The translations under genes were made by a program, and so were the position numbers. From Podarcis cretensis (lineage: Eukaryota), in the NCBI GenBank assembly GCA_951804945.1, contig OX638158.1:19220001-19284000 (forward strand): DNA of 64,000 nucleotides, in the 5' to 3' direction. Within the stretch, counting starts at the first letter, position 1; each line of letters starts with the position of its first letter. Positions 11,790 through 23,355 of this stretch are shown piece after piece. The notes under the pieces were generated by a model. It was not told the DNA's origin. It worked only from the letters and a program-made list of their open reading frames with translations, and made no database searches.

Positions 11790-14135
11790 AAGCCCAAGGT
11801 TTGAATTCATTTTATTTTATTTTTTTACAGTGTACATTGTTAAATAATGTAAAGAAAACATCTGTAATTCAGAAACAGATCTTGTGGAAAAAGGTATTCA
11901 AAGTGTAATAACACAAAATAATTTAACAGTTCAGTAGCATTAGTTAATTCCTCTAGACCTCAGTTATTTCATCCACAGGAGGGAAATCAATGGTAAATAA
12001 AACCAGTACTTGCATAACTAAGTGAAAACTCGACCTCAAACATATTAAACCAAAATACTATCCTTGTGCAACAAACACTCAGCTGACTAGATCTTCTAAC
12101 ATTTGGTGGCATCTTTTCATCCATTGCTCCTTCCTGCTTTCTGCACATCAACCTCACCTTGAATTTCCCATCACACCTGTGAGGACTTTTTTTTAAGTCT
12201 GAAAAGTTGTTGAATCCCAGCCACCTAGACTTACGTCTTTTGTTTTCAGCCACCGGGTCCAAATCCTACCTCTGCCTGACAAAACCACTGTAAACTTCAA
12301 CTTGAGGCGAAGGGAAGGAAAGAAAGAAAGACTTGTGCATATGTTTGAGGAAAGAGTGAAAGAAATACAGAAAGAACAAATGTCCTTGCTAACTTTAGAG
12401 GACTTCTGGGGGTGGGGAAAGAGAAAACAGACTTCCAGACCAAGCAGTAAAGCTGCTTCCAAGTCCAAAGCAGAAGTACTTTGACTTCACAGCCTGCTGC
12501 TGCAATGCAAAGTAATACTAGTTGGTTGCAGTTATTTCATTTGATCGGGGAAACCAGTATTTTGAGTTAGAAAGAGGAAGGCGAGTAGGAGACATAGTAC
12601 ACCTACTAAAAGGCAACACAGTTAGTTACAGTCCTGGTACCAGTTTTAAGTCCTTTAGACATAGAAAGAAAAAGTTGTTTTTGATGCTGGCTGTTTCAAG
12701 TGTATCCATCCTTAGCAATGGATGCTGCACCAGGAAGATGTGTCCCTGGCCTTTCAGGATTGGATTGACAGGCAGGGCGGGGGGGGGGGAGCAAATCCCA
12801 GCAAACACCCTCCCTCTCCAGAGTGATCGCTCCAATCCCTTGACATACATTACCCTTGCTAAAAAACCTTTATAGCTTAAAAGTCAACCCACCCGTAGGT
12901 GCTTACCCCTTCAAAGATGTCCCTCTTTTCCCCCCACTTCCCTTATTCTCAACCCAGCTTCTACTCTGGTCACTGTGTTCATTCTCTTCAGCACCTCCGC
13001 ATAAATCCCTCACTGCTGCTGCATCAGCCACATCAGTTTCCCCCACCGCTCCATAGCTTTACTCTTCCGACACAAAAGCTGCAATAGCTCCCCCTCCAAC
13101 ACCTACTCTCGACACTATTACAGTATAAGCATCCAATGTGTTATGCCTTTGGTATTCCAGTGACTATATCCAAATAACCTCCCTCTGCCTGGCGAAAGTC
13201 TGCTGGGAAGGTGATGCTAACTGTAGAAGCAATAAAAGTCCAAGGCACTAAAATATCCAGCAAGCATACTGGGAGAACAGACAAGTATTCAAGTACATTA
13301 ATTTATACAATTATACATTCACATTTATCTAATACAATGAAAATACAAAGGAAAAAAAGTTAAAGTGTCTCCAATAAGTATCAGGATATAGCTAGCTTTT
13401 CCCCCATTTTTTTTCCTTTTTAACTGTTTAACCCTCTATATGCCACTCATTTTTTTTAAACTACTGTTGTCCAACAACATTTATATATCACAGTGTTTCC
13501 ACATCAAAACTGATGGTAAGTACATGTCCGCAGGGAACTTTTTTAAAAATTTGTCTTCTAAACAATTTAAATTGCTCTAATGCTGCAGTCAAAGCTGTTA
13601 ATATCTTTTACTTAAAGCAGTAATGACCTATGTCAAAGCACGGGCTGTTCTGCAAGTCCACTTGTGTGCCCCATCAGCTCAGGAACTTCGGTGTGATGGT
13701 CTGATGGAAGGAAGAGACATGGAAATAATGGACAGCTCCCCCCACCCCCGGCTTAATTCCTCAGAGCAAGACAAATGGCATACTAAAGATTCATGCTAAA
13801 ACTAACAACAATTCTCCCGTCTCAACCCATGTAGATTCAGCATCTTAAGCCAAATGAATTTTACAGCACGAAGCCCTTGGCTTGTGTGGTAGCTTTCATC
13901 TTTACACACTTGCCACAGACGAGAGGAAGCATGTCCCATCGTGGAAGATCCTGATCACTCTTCTCCCCATATTCAAAATGGAGGGCTTTTCTTACGGAGA
14001 GCAGAGAGCAATGGTTAGAGGAGGAAGTTCACCCCCCTCCCTTTGGGCGCTAATAGTCAGTTCACTGCAGCCTAGTGGTTGATTCAGGGCCCGATCTCCC
14101 CCCTCAAGTCTACCCAGCAGCATGCCTGGGTCTCA
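11790..14135 (-). other. WNK1: WNK1 3'UTR (approximate 3' end)
   Basis: Lies between the stop codon at 14136-14138 and the poly(A) signal; no interspersed repeats noticed. Confidence 0.7.
11811..11821 (-). terminator. WNK1 poly(A) signal (overlapping AATAAAATAAA on the - strand)
   Basis: + strand tttattttatt, ~2.3 kb past the WNK1 stop; preceded on the transcript by TGTA elements. A further AATAAA lies at 11667-11672. Confidence 0.65.
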
Positions 14136-14450
14136 TTAAGTGGTCCGCAGATTAGAGCCAGGGGGGTTGCTGATGGATTTCTGCAAGTTGCTGATGTTGA
14201 AGCTTTGCAATGAGGTGGCACCTACGGGCTGGAACTGGCCTAAAGGCTGCGGTGCTGGACCACCTGTCCCGCTCCAGGGAGCTACAAAGGGCACTGCTGG
14301 GAAACCGTATGGCTGAGGGGGGCACATGGCCTTTGTGAAGTGACCTAGGGAGGTAGCTGACGCAGCAGAGATGGGTGTAGCACCGAGGGAAGACGTCATC
14401 GAGATGCAGAGCTGACCTGGTGCAGAGAACTTCCTTGCCATTCCTGGGCC
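14136..14450 (-). CDS. WNK1: WNK1 last exon (exon 28), coding part
   Basis: ttttag|GGC CCA GGA ATG GCA AGG...; GPGMARKFSAPGQLC...SNPPGSNLRTT*, the WNK1 C-terminus. Confidence 0.97.
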   Translation of the reverse strand, partial: GPGMARKFSAPGQLCISMTSSLGATPISAASATSLGHFTKAMCPPQPYGFPAVPFVAPWSGTGGPAPQPLGQFQPVGATSLQSFNISNLQKSISNPPGSNLRTT

Positions 14451-14614
14451 CTAAAAGCAAAACCCAACCCAAGAGGTTATTTCAGAATTGCCAAACATTG
14501 TTAAAACAGTCCTTAGAGGCTTCTCCCTCAGAAATGTGTCAGATTCTTCCATGAATGACTTGTAAGTCGGCTGAGTGCCTACGACCAGACACAAAGCCCC
14601 AAGCAAGTACTTAC

Positions 14615-14796
14615 CTCATAATTGCCATGCCCCTTGCCTCCTTTCTTGCCAGAGAGGCTCATGGCATCGCGAGCCCAGTTGTCTACTAGCTTGTGCAGGT
14701 CATCCGTAAAGGTCCCTTTTCGACTAGAGGCAGGAGGCTGAGACTGAGGTGCCTGGCTGTTCACTGTACCCGCAACAGTGTTTGTACTGCTGGTCC
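14615..14796 (-). CDS. WNK1: WNK1 exon 27
   Basis: 182 bp; GTSSTNTV...SRKGTFTDDLHKLVDNWARDAM...GHGNYE; donor gtaagt. Confidence 0.96.
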
Positions 14797-17612
14797 CTAG
14801 AAGAGCAAAGCAATGGCTGTCATTTAAACCTGACTGCATGATAGCTCCTGAAGGCCATCAAAACTATAGCTACAATGGAAAAATAGGAGAAAGCAAGAGT
14901 TTAAAAAGCCATGCACATGAATTCTACAATTCAGTACCAGGACATAATGAAGAGGAAGGGATTTAGGGCTCAGCTAGCAGTTTCACTCCTATTAGGTTAA
15001 TCATGTAATTGTGTGTTATTTTCCAGATCAGTGGGTGGTCTGCAACGTTGCCATTTTCCACTGGGGAATGAACTAGCTTTTGGTATCAATGACAGGTCCA
15101 TGATTAATGGGTTCCTCTACATTGTCAACAAGCACCTATTATATCAAGTTAATGCTACTGCCAACTCTGCCCACTCACTCAGCACGGACAGCTGCTCTGC
15201 TCTGCAGATGGAAACTAAGAAGCCCCAGGGACTCGTTACTGGAACGAGACATTGTACTACTGGCAGGTACTTCCATCTGCGTGAATGTACCTGAACCTGC
15301 TGGCTTACTGTCCAAGCACAACAGTGCCAAAAGGAAGCAGCAAGGAATCACCTTGTGCTTCCAACTCAGATGGCAGCTTCCAGGAGAACCTGCACATTTG
15401 GGTTTCACGCCATACAGAACTTTATACAGCTCTGCAAAGAGAAATGCAAGGAACTGTTTCTATTTAGAATATGGCACCTGGTAGGATCAAATTCTAAGAA
15501 TGAAGGAAAATCCAAAGCATCCAAGTTTCTGCTGTGATGGCCATTCTATAGCAAATCTGTAGTGGAATGGTGTGAAAAAGTTGTTTTTACTTGTCCAAAA
15601 TGGTTATTCAGGAAGCAGCAACCTAAATGCAAGAGTTTAAGAGTGTTGAGAACCCCACATGTGCTATGAAACAAGCACCATGACCACTGAGATAGGACAC
15701 TGTCTCCAGTGTATAGAAGCCAATGAGCCCATTGCATTGCTCAAGACTGTACACAAGAAGTGCATCTGGGAAAGCCTGAAGTACAATTCAAGTCCACTGA
15801 AAAGGCCTTCCTATTTCAACACAAGGAAGGAGTGAAGGTACAACTTGATGCAAAACAGCTTCTGAAACACCAATTAGACCAGTAGAAGGGAGCACATTAA
15901 TTCCACCCGACTTGCTCCTGGGACTGTCAAAATAATGGAGTCAAAGCTTTAAAAGAAGTCAAACAGGGAACCAAGAGTTCCCACTGCACAAGACTCAAAT
16001 CTAAAAACTGATAATCCATTCCCACTGCTCAAGAACTTGCTGTCAGAAGCAAAGTCATAGGTACTGGCAACTTAACTGGACCCTTGATTCTTTGGGATAA
16101 AACTGGCCTCCCTGAATCCAAGCCAGATTAGACAAGAATTCAAAACATTATAATTGGTTAGAGCAACTGAGCAAGGTGCCACTGCATTGTGAAATACAAA
16201 CAAGCGGGTAAAACTAGCCAAGGTGGTGAAAGACGCAGCAGTCCCCCCCAAAAAAACTACTAAATAAGATGGGAGTGGTGCTCATCCACATGCAGGGAAG
16301 AGGAAGGAGGAAGAATCCTCTGCCCAGGTGAGAGGAAGGAATGCGGAGTTAATAGTAATAAGATTGTAACTGTGTTACATGCAAAGGAAACTATACTTGT
16401 GATGCAACAAGATTCAGCCATGTAGTGTGAGAGAAACGAACACAAACACACATCTAAGTAAAAAAAAATGAGCAACCTGAAGAATAGTAGAGGGAACAGG
16501 CAACACAGATTTTTAGAAAGTGGTGGTGGTGGTAAGAATCTTGATACATGGTACCAATAAAATATCAGTGCATTCTCCTGACTACAATTTCATGCAGGGA
16601 CCAGCACATATCCATCAGCCCCTTCCTGATGGCCAGAAAACACAGCTCTTGTTGGTAAGTGTAGTGCCCAGACTCTGCCCTGCTTGCATCTCTAAGTAAT
16701 TGGGGGTGGGGAGAGAGTTTCAACCCAGAAGTGATAGATGGGGTCTGTTAATGTTTGGCTTTTTACTTTACAAGCTATTGAAAATGCACCAGATTGTCTC
16801 AGGAACCCTCTAAAACAAAAATATAAGAGGGAATGCCATATTAAATGTGAGCTGTATTGAAAATACTCTTGTGTCTGGTTTATTATGAAGCCAGTTCTCG
16901 AGACACTTCATCTACTGAACCAGCCATCAAGAAGCGTCTGACGAGCACTTGGGTCAGTGACCATGGGAAAAAAACCTCCCTCCAATCTTGCTCAGTCACA
17001 GCAAACGTTACAGAAACTTATTTCAGCTTTTCATACAACTGAACAAATGCAGAGGCTTAACTGGCCCTGTGAGTCACATCACTGCACATGCCGCTGCCCC
17101 TTCCCCACCTTAACACTGCCAATTTGCTTCACTCCCATTTACTGACGCTTCATCGATGATGACACTTTCTCCTGTTGCAGGTACTCTCTAAGGACATCTG
17201 GGTCCTTGCCCTTCCTCTTAGTAAGATATGGAAGCTCCTTTTGAAATTGGATCAGTGCTTAGGGCAAACCCCTTCCGCTATGATCACTGCACACAAAGCC
17301 CATGAACGAGGGAGATTTTGCCTTCTGACCCAAAAATTACTTGTGCTAATGTACACTTTGGCATCATTCCTCATCAGCAAGGAGGACACAGGTGACTGAT
17401 AGTCAAAACATGCCATTCCAGCAAGGAACTGCCGTCGTGAGGTGGCCAGGCCTGTTGCAGTGTTAGTGCAGAAACAAGTTAGAAAGGGACACAAGAGACA
17501 GATGCTGTGCTCAAGCCAGATTCAGGGAGGTTAAGCTTCAGAGATCAGAGGAAAACCTAAACACAGCAGCTTGGCAATCAGAGGTCAGAAGTAACCAAAA
17601 TGCAATAATTAC

Positions 17613-17654
17613 TACAGAGCTGGTTGCAAGGGCAGACTTTTTTCACCATCTTCC
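17613..17654 (-). CDS. WNK1: WNK1 cassette microexon 26b
   Basis: cttcag|GG AAG ATG...TGT A|gtaatt; 42 bp, phase 1-1; RKMVKKVCPCNQLC. Confidence 0.85.
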
Positions 17655-19549
17655 CTGAAGCACAAAGAGAAAGCATTTTGTTAGGGAGAAACAGTGAGAA
17701 ACATTTAGTGTCAAGCAAACAGCACAAATAGCCTGGTTATAAAGAGGGGAGAATACAACAGGGCCCTGTCCTTTGGTGACACTGCTTTTGATTCTTTCAG
17801 GACTTTTCTAGCAAGACACACAGTGGCAACTGGAGGAGCTGCATCAATATTCACATTTAGTTTATGCACCTGTATCTCTCACATGTATAGATTGTGGCCT
17901 AATCATTTCATCCAATATTAAGTAGGTTTTGGTGAGTTAGACTGAGTGAGTCTCAGACAACAGTTCAGGTACTCTTACTGACTGGAGGAAACTAAGCTTC
18001 AGTCCAGTTCAAACTGAAAGTCAAACAAATCCTGAACTGAACACTGGACTAAATCTTTAATTTATGCCCAGCTGATCAGATTTCTCCTTCTGACTGAAAA
18101 AGGAATGGCATAAAAACTTCTCGCAGTTTTGAGAGTACATTATAATGGCTCAATTCTGACATTCTCTGATTCCCTATTTCCTGGAACATCAGTGCCACCA
18201 GAGGTAGGGACATACCTGTTGAATCTCTTCTACTTCTTGTCCAGCTATCAAGAAACCCACCCGTTATTTGTGCCCAGTCTTCTAGCTTCTAACAGAAACC
18301 TTTTCCCACCATCCCAGAATCTGTGATAGGATGTCAGGTCAAAATCCAGTAAAACAAGAAACCTGTAAACAAACTGAGCATCAAGCCAAGCCGTGCTTCC
18401 ACAAGTGCTGCCTTGTTTTACAGGACAGCTGCAATAAACTGAGGGATGCAGCAGAGGGTACTGCACATATGCCATTACTTCCAGAGACCAAAGTAGCATT
18501 TTCTGTCTCCCCATCATGGATCTTAGTTCACAAAGGTACCTCCTGTTCAAGAGCCACATTAAAACTAGAGCAAGTGTGCAGCAAGATTAGCCGTATCTTT
18601 GCTATTTATTAATTATCCACCACAATAATAAAGGATGACTATTCCTTGATCTCTTACTAATCTTTTATTGCAATTCAATATTTTCTGGGAGAAGCTAGTT
18701 CTTAGTCCTGGCTTTATCACTATTTGTTGCAGATCCTTTCAGTTCTGCCTTATACTGTCCACATTAAAATTTCCAGTTAAGAAGCCTGAGATGGGGAGAA
18801 AAGCTGCATGTTGTTCTGCAAGAGTTTTTATGATGGGTGCTGGCCAGCCACCCTATAGATCCATATGGATTGAAAGGCAGGATATAAATACTTTAAATAA
18901 GAATAAATATGCATGACTTAAAGAGTACTCCAGTTGCCCGTAGCAACTAAAAACCAAGTACGATGAGGCTAAAGCAGTGCTGCAAGTTCAAATCCTAAAA
19001 AGGTAGTTTCTTTTAACTTCTCTGAAGTCAAATATTATCATCTTATGATTTTCATTGTAGCTGTCCTTGTGCAAGGCTGTCTTGGAATCTGCTGCTCGGC
19101 TCATTAGGTACAGGCACAGAAAAATCCCTGGCGTGGCTGAGCTGCTGCTCAGTGTACATGGACAGATGCTCTTCAAAAATAGGATCCCAAGATCCTGCTG
19201 GTTTTTTTAAGTCTGGGAAGAAGAATACAATTTGCACACCCAGGAAAATAGTATTCTATCTGCAGCATAAGCACACAATTCAATAGACACATGTTGTTGG
19301 CATCTGTCTGTCTTGAGAGACAATGGAGTGTGCCTCCAGGGGTGAAGTCAAACTGCTGGAGAATCACAGCACAACCGACCCATCCATTTCCACCTATTTC
19401 CATGGCCCTGTCTAGTTCAGTAGAGGTTGGAGACAGACCCAATTAAATCTATGTAGAACAGCTATTTTTAGAGTTCAATTCCTTTGGCTATAATTTTAAT
19501 CCTTTTATTAGGTCTATATTATTTGTTAAGTGCCTTATAGTCCTTTAAA

Positions 19550-19917
19550 GGTAAAGGTAAAGGTACCCCTGCCCGTACGGGCAGTCTTGACAGACTCTGG
19601 GGTTGTGCGCCCATCTCACTTAAGAGGCCAGGGGCCAGCGCTGTCCGGAGACACTTCCGGGTCACGTGGCCAGCGTGACATCGCTGCTCTGGCCAGAGCC
19701 AGAGCCAGAGCCGCACACGGAAACGCCGTTTACCTTCCCGCTGGTAAGCGGTCCCTATTTATCTACTTGCACCCTGAGGTGCTTTCGAACTGCTAGGTTG
19801 GCAGGCGCTGGGACCGAGCAGCGGGAGCGCACCCCGCCGCAGGGATTCGAACCGCCGACCTTTCGATCGGCAAGCCCTAGGCGCTGAGGCTTTAACCCAC
19901 AGCGCCACCTGCGTCCC
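19550..19917 (-). mobile_element. Sauria SINE, full-length, CpG-intact (young)
   Basis: tRNA-like head GGGACGCAGGTGGCGCTGTGGGTTAA...GGTTCGAATCCC; (ACCTTT)n tail; TSD tatagtcctttaaa at 19536-19549 and 19935-19948. Confidence 0.92.
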
Positions 19918-20545
19918 CCATATATAGTCCCCCATATAGTCCTTTAAACGCCATTAATTTCAGAAGTTTAATACACAGCTCCAGCAAAGCAGATGTTTTT
20001 ATACTCTGCAAGGACAGTGTGCCAAGCAACACATGAGATGCTGCACAAGAAATATTTACGCTGGAAGCATCTTAATCCCAATTATTAAGGGATTACATTT
20101 CCCTTCCAAAGCACAGGAAGAGGGAAGGAATACCCTTTCTCAAACATTGGCCCTTCCCATTCAAGAATACATCCCCACAAGTCACTTTTCTATCTAAAAC
20201 TGATGAAGCATGAAGTAGGTTTTGCATGTCTAAACCTGAATAAGGCACCCATATGCTAAGCTGATCATATCGCTATGCAACTCATGAGCTAATACAAATA
20301 ATCCCTTCCCAGGTTCCTATTTTAGTCAAGAGACAGGGACCTTAAACATTTTCCTCTGCTAAGAACTGAGCTGGTGGGGTGAAGTGGCAAAAAAAGCTAG
20401 CAATTCCCTCCAACAGGAGTAACAACAAGGTACAATGCCCATAGCTCCAAAAGTAGATACTAGTCACACTGCTTCCTGGACTGTTGTCTTGATTTCAAGT
20501 CCTTTGGTGGAAAAGCAGGAGACATCTGCCATGGATGCTTTAGCT

Positions 20546-20612
20546 AAGATTCCTGCACTGCAAGGGGTTGAGCTAGATGACCCTTGGGAACCTTTCCAAC
20601 TCTACAATTCTG
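20546..20612 (+). mobile_element. Isolated CR1-like/SINE tail fragment
   Basis: gattcctgcactgcaaggggttgagctagatgaccc...ttccaactctacaattct. Confidence 0.65.
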
Positions 20613-21129
20613 AAATGTTCCATCATGAGCACCAATTCAACAATAGACACAGCCCTCAACCCTGAATTGCTGCTATGCATGTTGAAGCAGTGTGACAGTC
20701 ACTGCCGCATACACATTCAGCCCAAACAAATAAACAGCTGGCTGTGCCTCTTCAGAGTTATGCAAACTGGCCCAGGTCTGCACAGAACCCCAGCTGAACC
20801 ACTAGGAAAGGTTCCATCATGGCCTTCCCTGCAGTTACTACAGGGAAGACTATAAACTGAGGAAAGGAGTTTGCTACCCAAAGCATCATTAAAACTTGAA
20901 AAACGTAGGCCACTATCATCGTAGCCTTTTGGCTGAGCAGCACAATAATTTTTTTAAGACAGCTTTCTGGAGGATATACTTAAGAGCAACTCAGCCAAGC
21001 CCTGGGGTTGGAGAGACACAAGAAGGCAGATGTGAATGGACAGCATGTGACAACAGATCCAAGTAGCAGAAAACAAAAAGACGAGGAAGGAGTAAAGGTG
21101 TTACACACAAAGAGCCAAGCAGGGCGTAC

Positions 21130-21201
21130 TCAGAAATCGGGTCCTCCTGCCACCAGGCTTGAATGTCACCCGCTCAGATGCACAGTTAAACTTCACACAC
21201 C
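21130..21201 (-). CDS. WNK1: WNK1 cassette exon 26a
   Basis: tcacag|GG TGT...CTG A|gtacgc; 72 bp, phase 1-1; GCVKFNCASERVTFKPGGRRTRFL. Confidence 0.87.
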
Positions 21202-22068
21202 CTGTGATAAAACAAAAATAAAAGAGGGGAAGAACAAGGAGAAGAGAAGAGAGACAGAACACAACTACAAGATGTTAGAAAACCCTTTAAGCTGGTGGTG
21301 AAATGCACTAGCAAGACACGAGAGAAAAGAACCTCACCGGTAGAGGAGCATTTGCAAGACACAAGGAGCCAGGACTCTTCTGTCCCCCACCCCCACTCTC
21401 AAAATCATGTTTGTTTCCTCAACTGGAACAGAGCTATCCTCCAATAGTTAATCCAGCAGGAACAGGGTTGCATGCCACAAGTGATATAAAACAGCCAATG
21501 CACACACTGACATAATACATTGCACAACTTGAAAGACACATGAGGTACAGGTTAGTAGGGCTCATATGGTTAAAAAGGAATGAGCAGAAGCTCCCTTCTC
21601 ATTAGGAAGGTGACTTAGAAGAAGCAGTAGCATATTCTATTCTTTTATTGATATACCCACCTCCTTGTCCTGAAGCAACATACTGCCACTCCACCCACAC
21701 CATTAATGTGTGTGTCAGAAATGAGTATGTTATGCATGCAAACTGCAAATTCAAATATGGTCTCTCAGGGACCATGATAAACTTCTAACTTGTGCAAGTA
21801 AAGTTGACAAGCTCCCAATTTATCCAGGGAGACATTTTGCACTATCTGCCTCAAGCTTTTCCCCTCCATCATCTCTCCTTGATGTGGAAGGTGCAAAAAC
21901 ATACAGGGCAACCTTCACTGTCATATCCTTAATTTTACTTGCCGAAGTGTCCCAGGCCTCACAGCTTCATCCTATGAAGGAGATAATCTGAAATGTAGCA
22001 GGATATTTAATCCCCCACCTCAGCCCCCAGTCACGTTTCTCTCCATGCTGCTAATCTACAACATTTAC

Positions 22069-22248
22069 CTTGGCCTGGCGCAGAAATGGCACCATCACTA
22101 GTAAAGGCAGAGTAGAGGTTCTCACTAGAAGGAGATGGTTTCAGAGGCTGTAACAGATGGTTCTGTCCTGTTTCTTGGACAGTGCCAGGAGGGTGGAGGG
22201 TCTGCTGTTGGGGCAAGACCGAAGGTGCACTCTGAGCAGACAGATTGC
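22069..22248 (-). CDS. WNK1: WNK1 exon 26
   Basis: 180 bp; GNLSAQSAPSVLPQQQTLHPPG...LKPSPSSENLYSAFTSDGAISAPGQ. Confidence 0.94.
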
Positions 22249-23355
22249 CTAGGGAGAGAGGGAAGCAAATCAGGACACTGGCAACATGATGGGTACTTAA
22301 GTTTTCCCATCCCAAATGCACAGTGTTCATATTTCACTTCTTAAGGATGACCTCTGCTGGCACATAAAAGGAAACTCTAGATCAAGGGTAGGGAGTTGGA
22401 TCCAGCTGGGGGGCCTAGTTGTGGGTTACCCCAACTCCAGTGGCCCACTTTAACTGGTGGGTGCCTGCTTTCTGCAGAGACCAGCTGTGCTACCAGGAAA
22501 CATGGTAGCAAATACAATCCAGTGGGCTTGAAGTTGCCACTCATCAGTTGACAGGCAGCAACTTCAAACCTGCTTTTTGCAGGGATAAGCTGCACTACAC
22601 TACAACAGAGACAATTCCTGCAGAAAAAAGGGCTTTAAACTACCATATATCAGCCAATAGAACTTCCCATGCATGACAGCAAATCTCCCTTGCCAATGCA
22701 CAACTGGGAATGCAGTTTATGGCTCTACCTGCCCCTCACCTGACATCACATCTGATTATGTTGTGTGTGGGGTAGGTCAGCATGGCATGGAGGGAAATGG
22801 CCTTGTAGGCCAAACAGGGAGCTATGCAAGGCCTGATTAGGCCTGTGGGCCAGAGGTTCCCTACCCCTGCTTTAGTTATTAAACTAGGCTGAAACCAGCA
22901 ACAGCTAAGGGGAGAAATGAATACAGGCCAAAAAATGAAATGCTTTCACAGGACTGTTACACTGCTGCTTGTGGCTAACAATCGAAATAATACTCTGTCA
23001 ACAAGGGTAATACACACAAATTAAGACTCAGCATCCACCTGTTTCTACTGGGTATGGTAACAGAGGACTAATTAGTTATATTTACATTCCATATCTTAAA
23101 ATTAAAATCTACAAGGCAGTAAACAATGAACACCTTAACTGCATGTCTTCACTGCACATACCCCACAGAAATATGCTGCAGGAAGCCTTGCTTTGCCCAA
23201 TACAATCCCTCAGCACTTCTTGAGTTTTTATCTAAAGTCTAAAACGCACAGTGAAAAGGCTATGGAATACAACTTTGGTGCTTACATTTTGCGTAACACT
23301 TGAGTGGTGTTGTGGATAAAGACAGCTGAACGTGAGCTGAGGAGACCTGGGTTTC

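Noticed and set aside
15291-15389. 99-nt in-frame phase 1-1 cassette exon between 26b and 27
   Set aside because: No polypyrimidine tract at the acceptor and a weak donor
19519-19887. ORFs 19519-19716, 19530-19796 and 19666-19887 (also 32677-32904 and 33372-33743)
   Set aside because: Spurious frames inside Sauria SINEs
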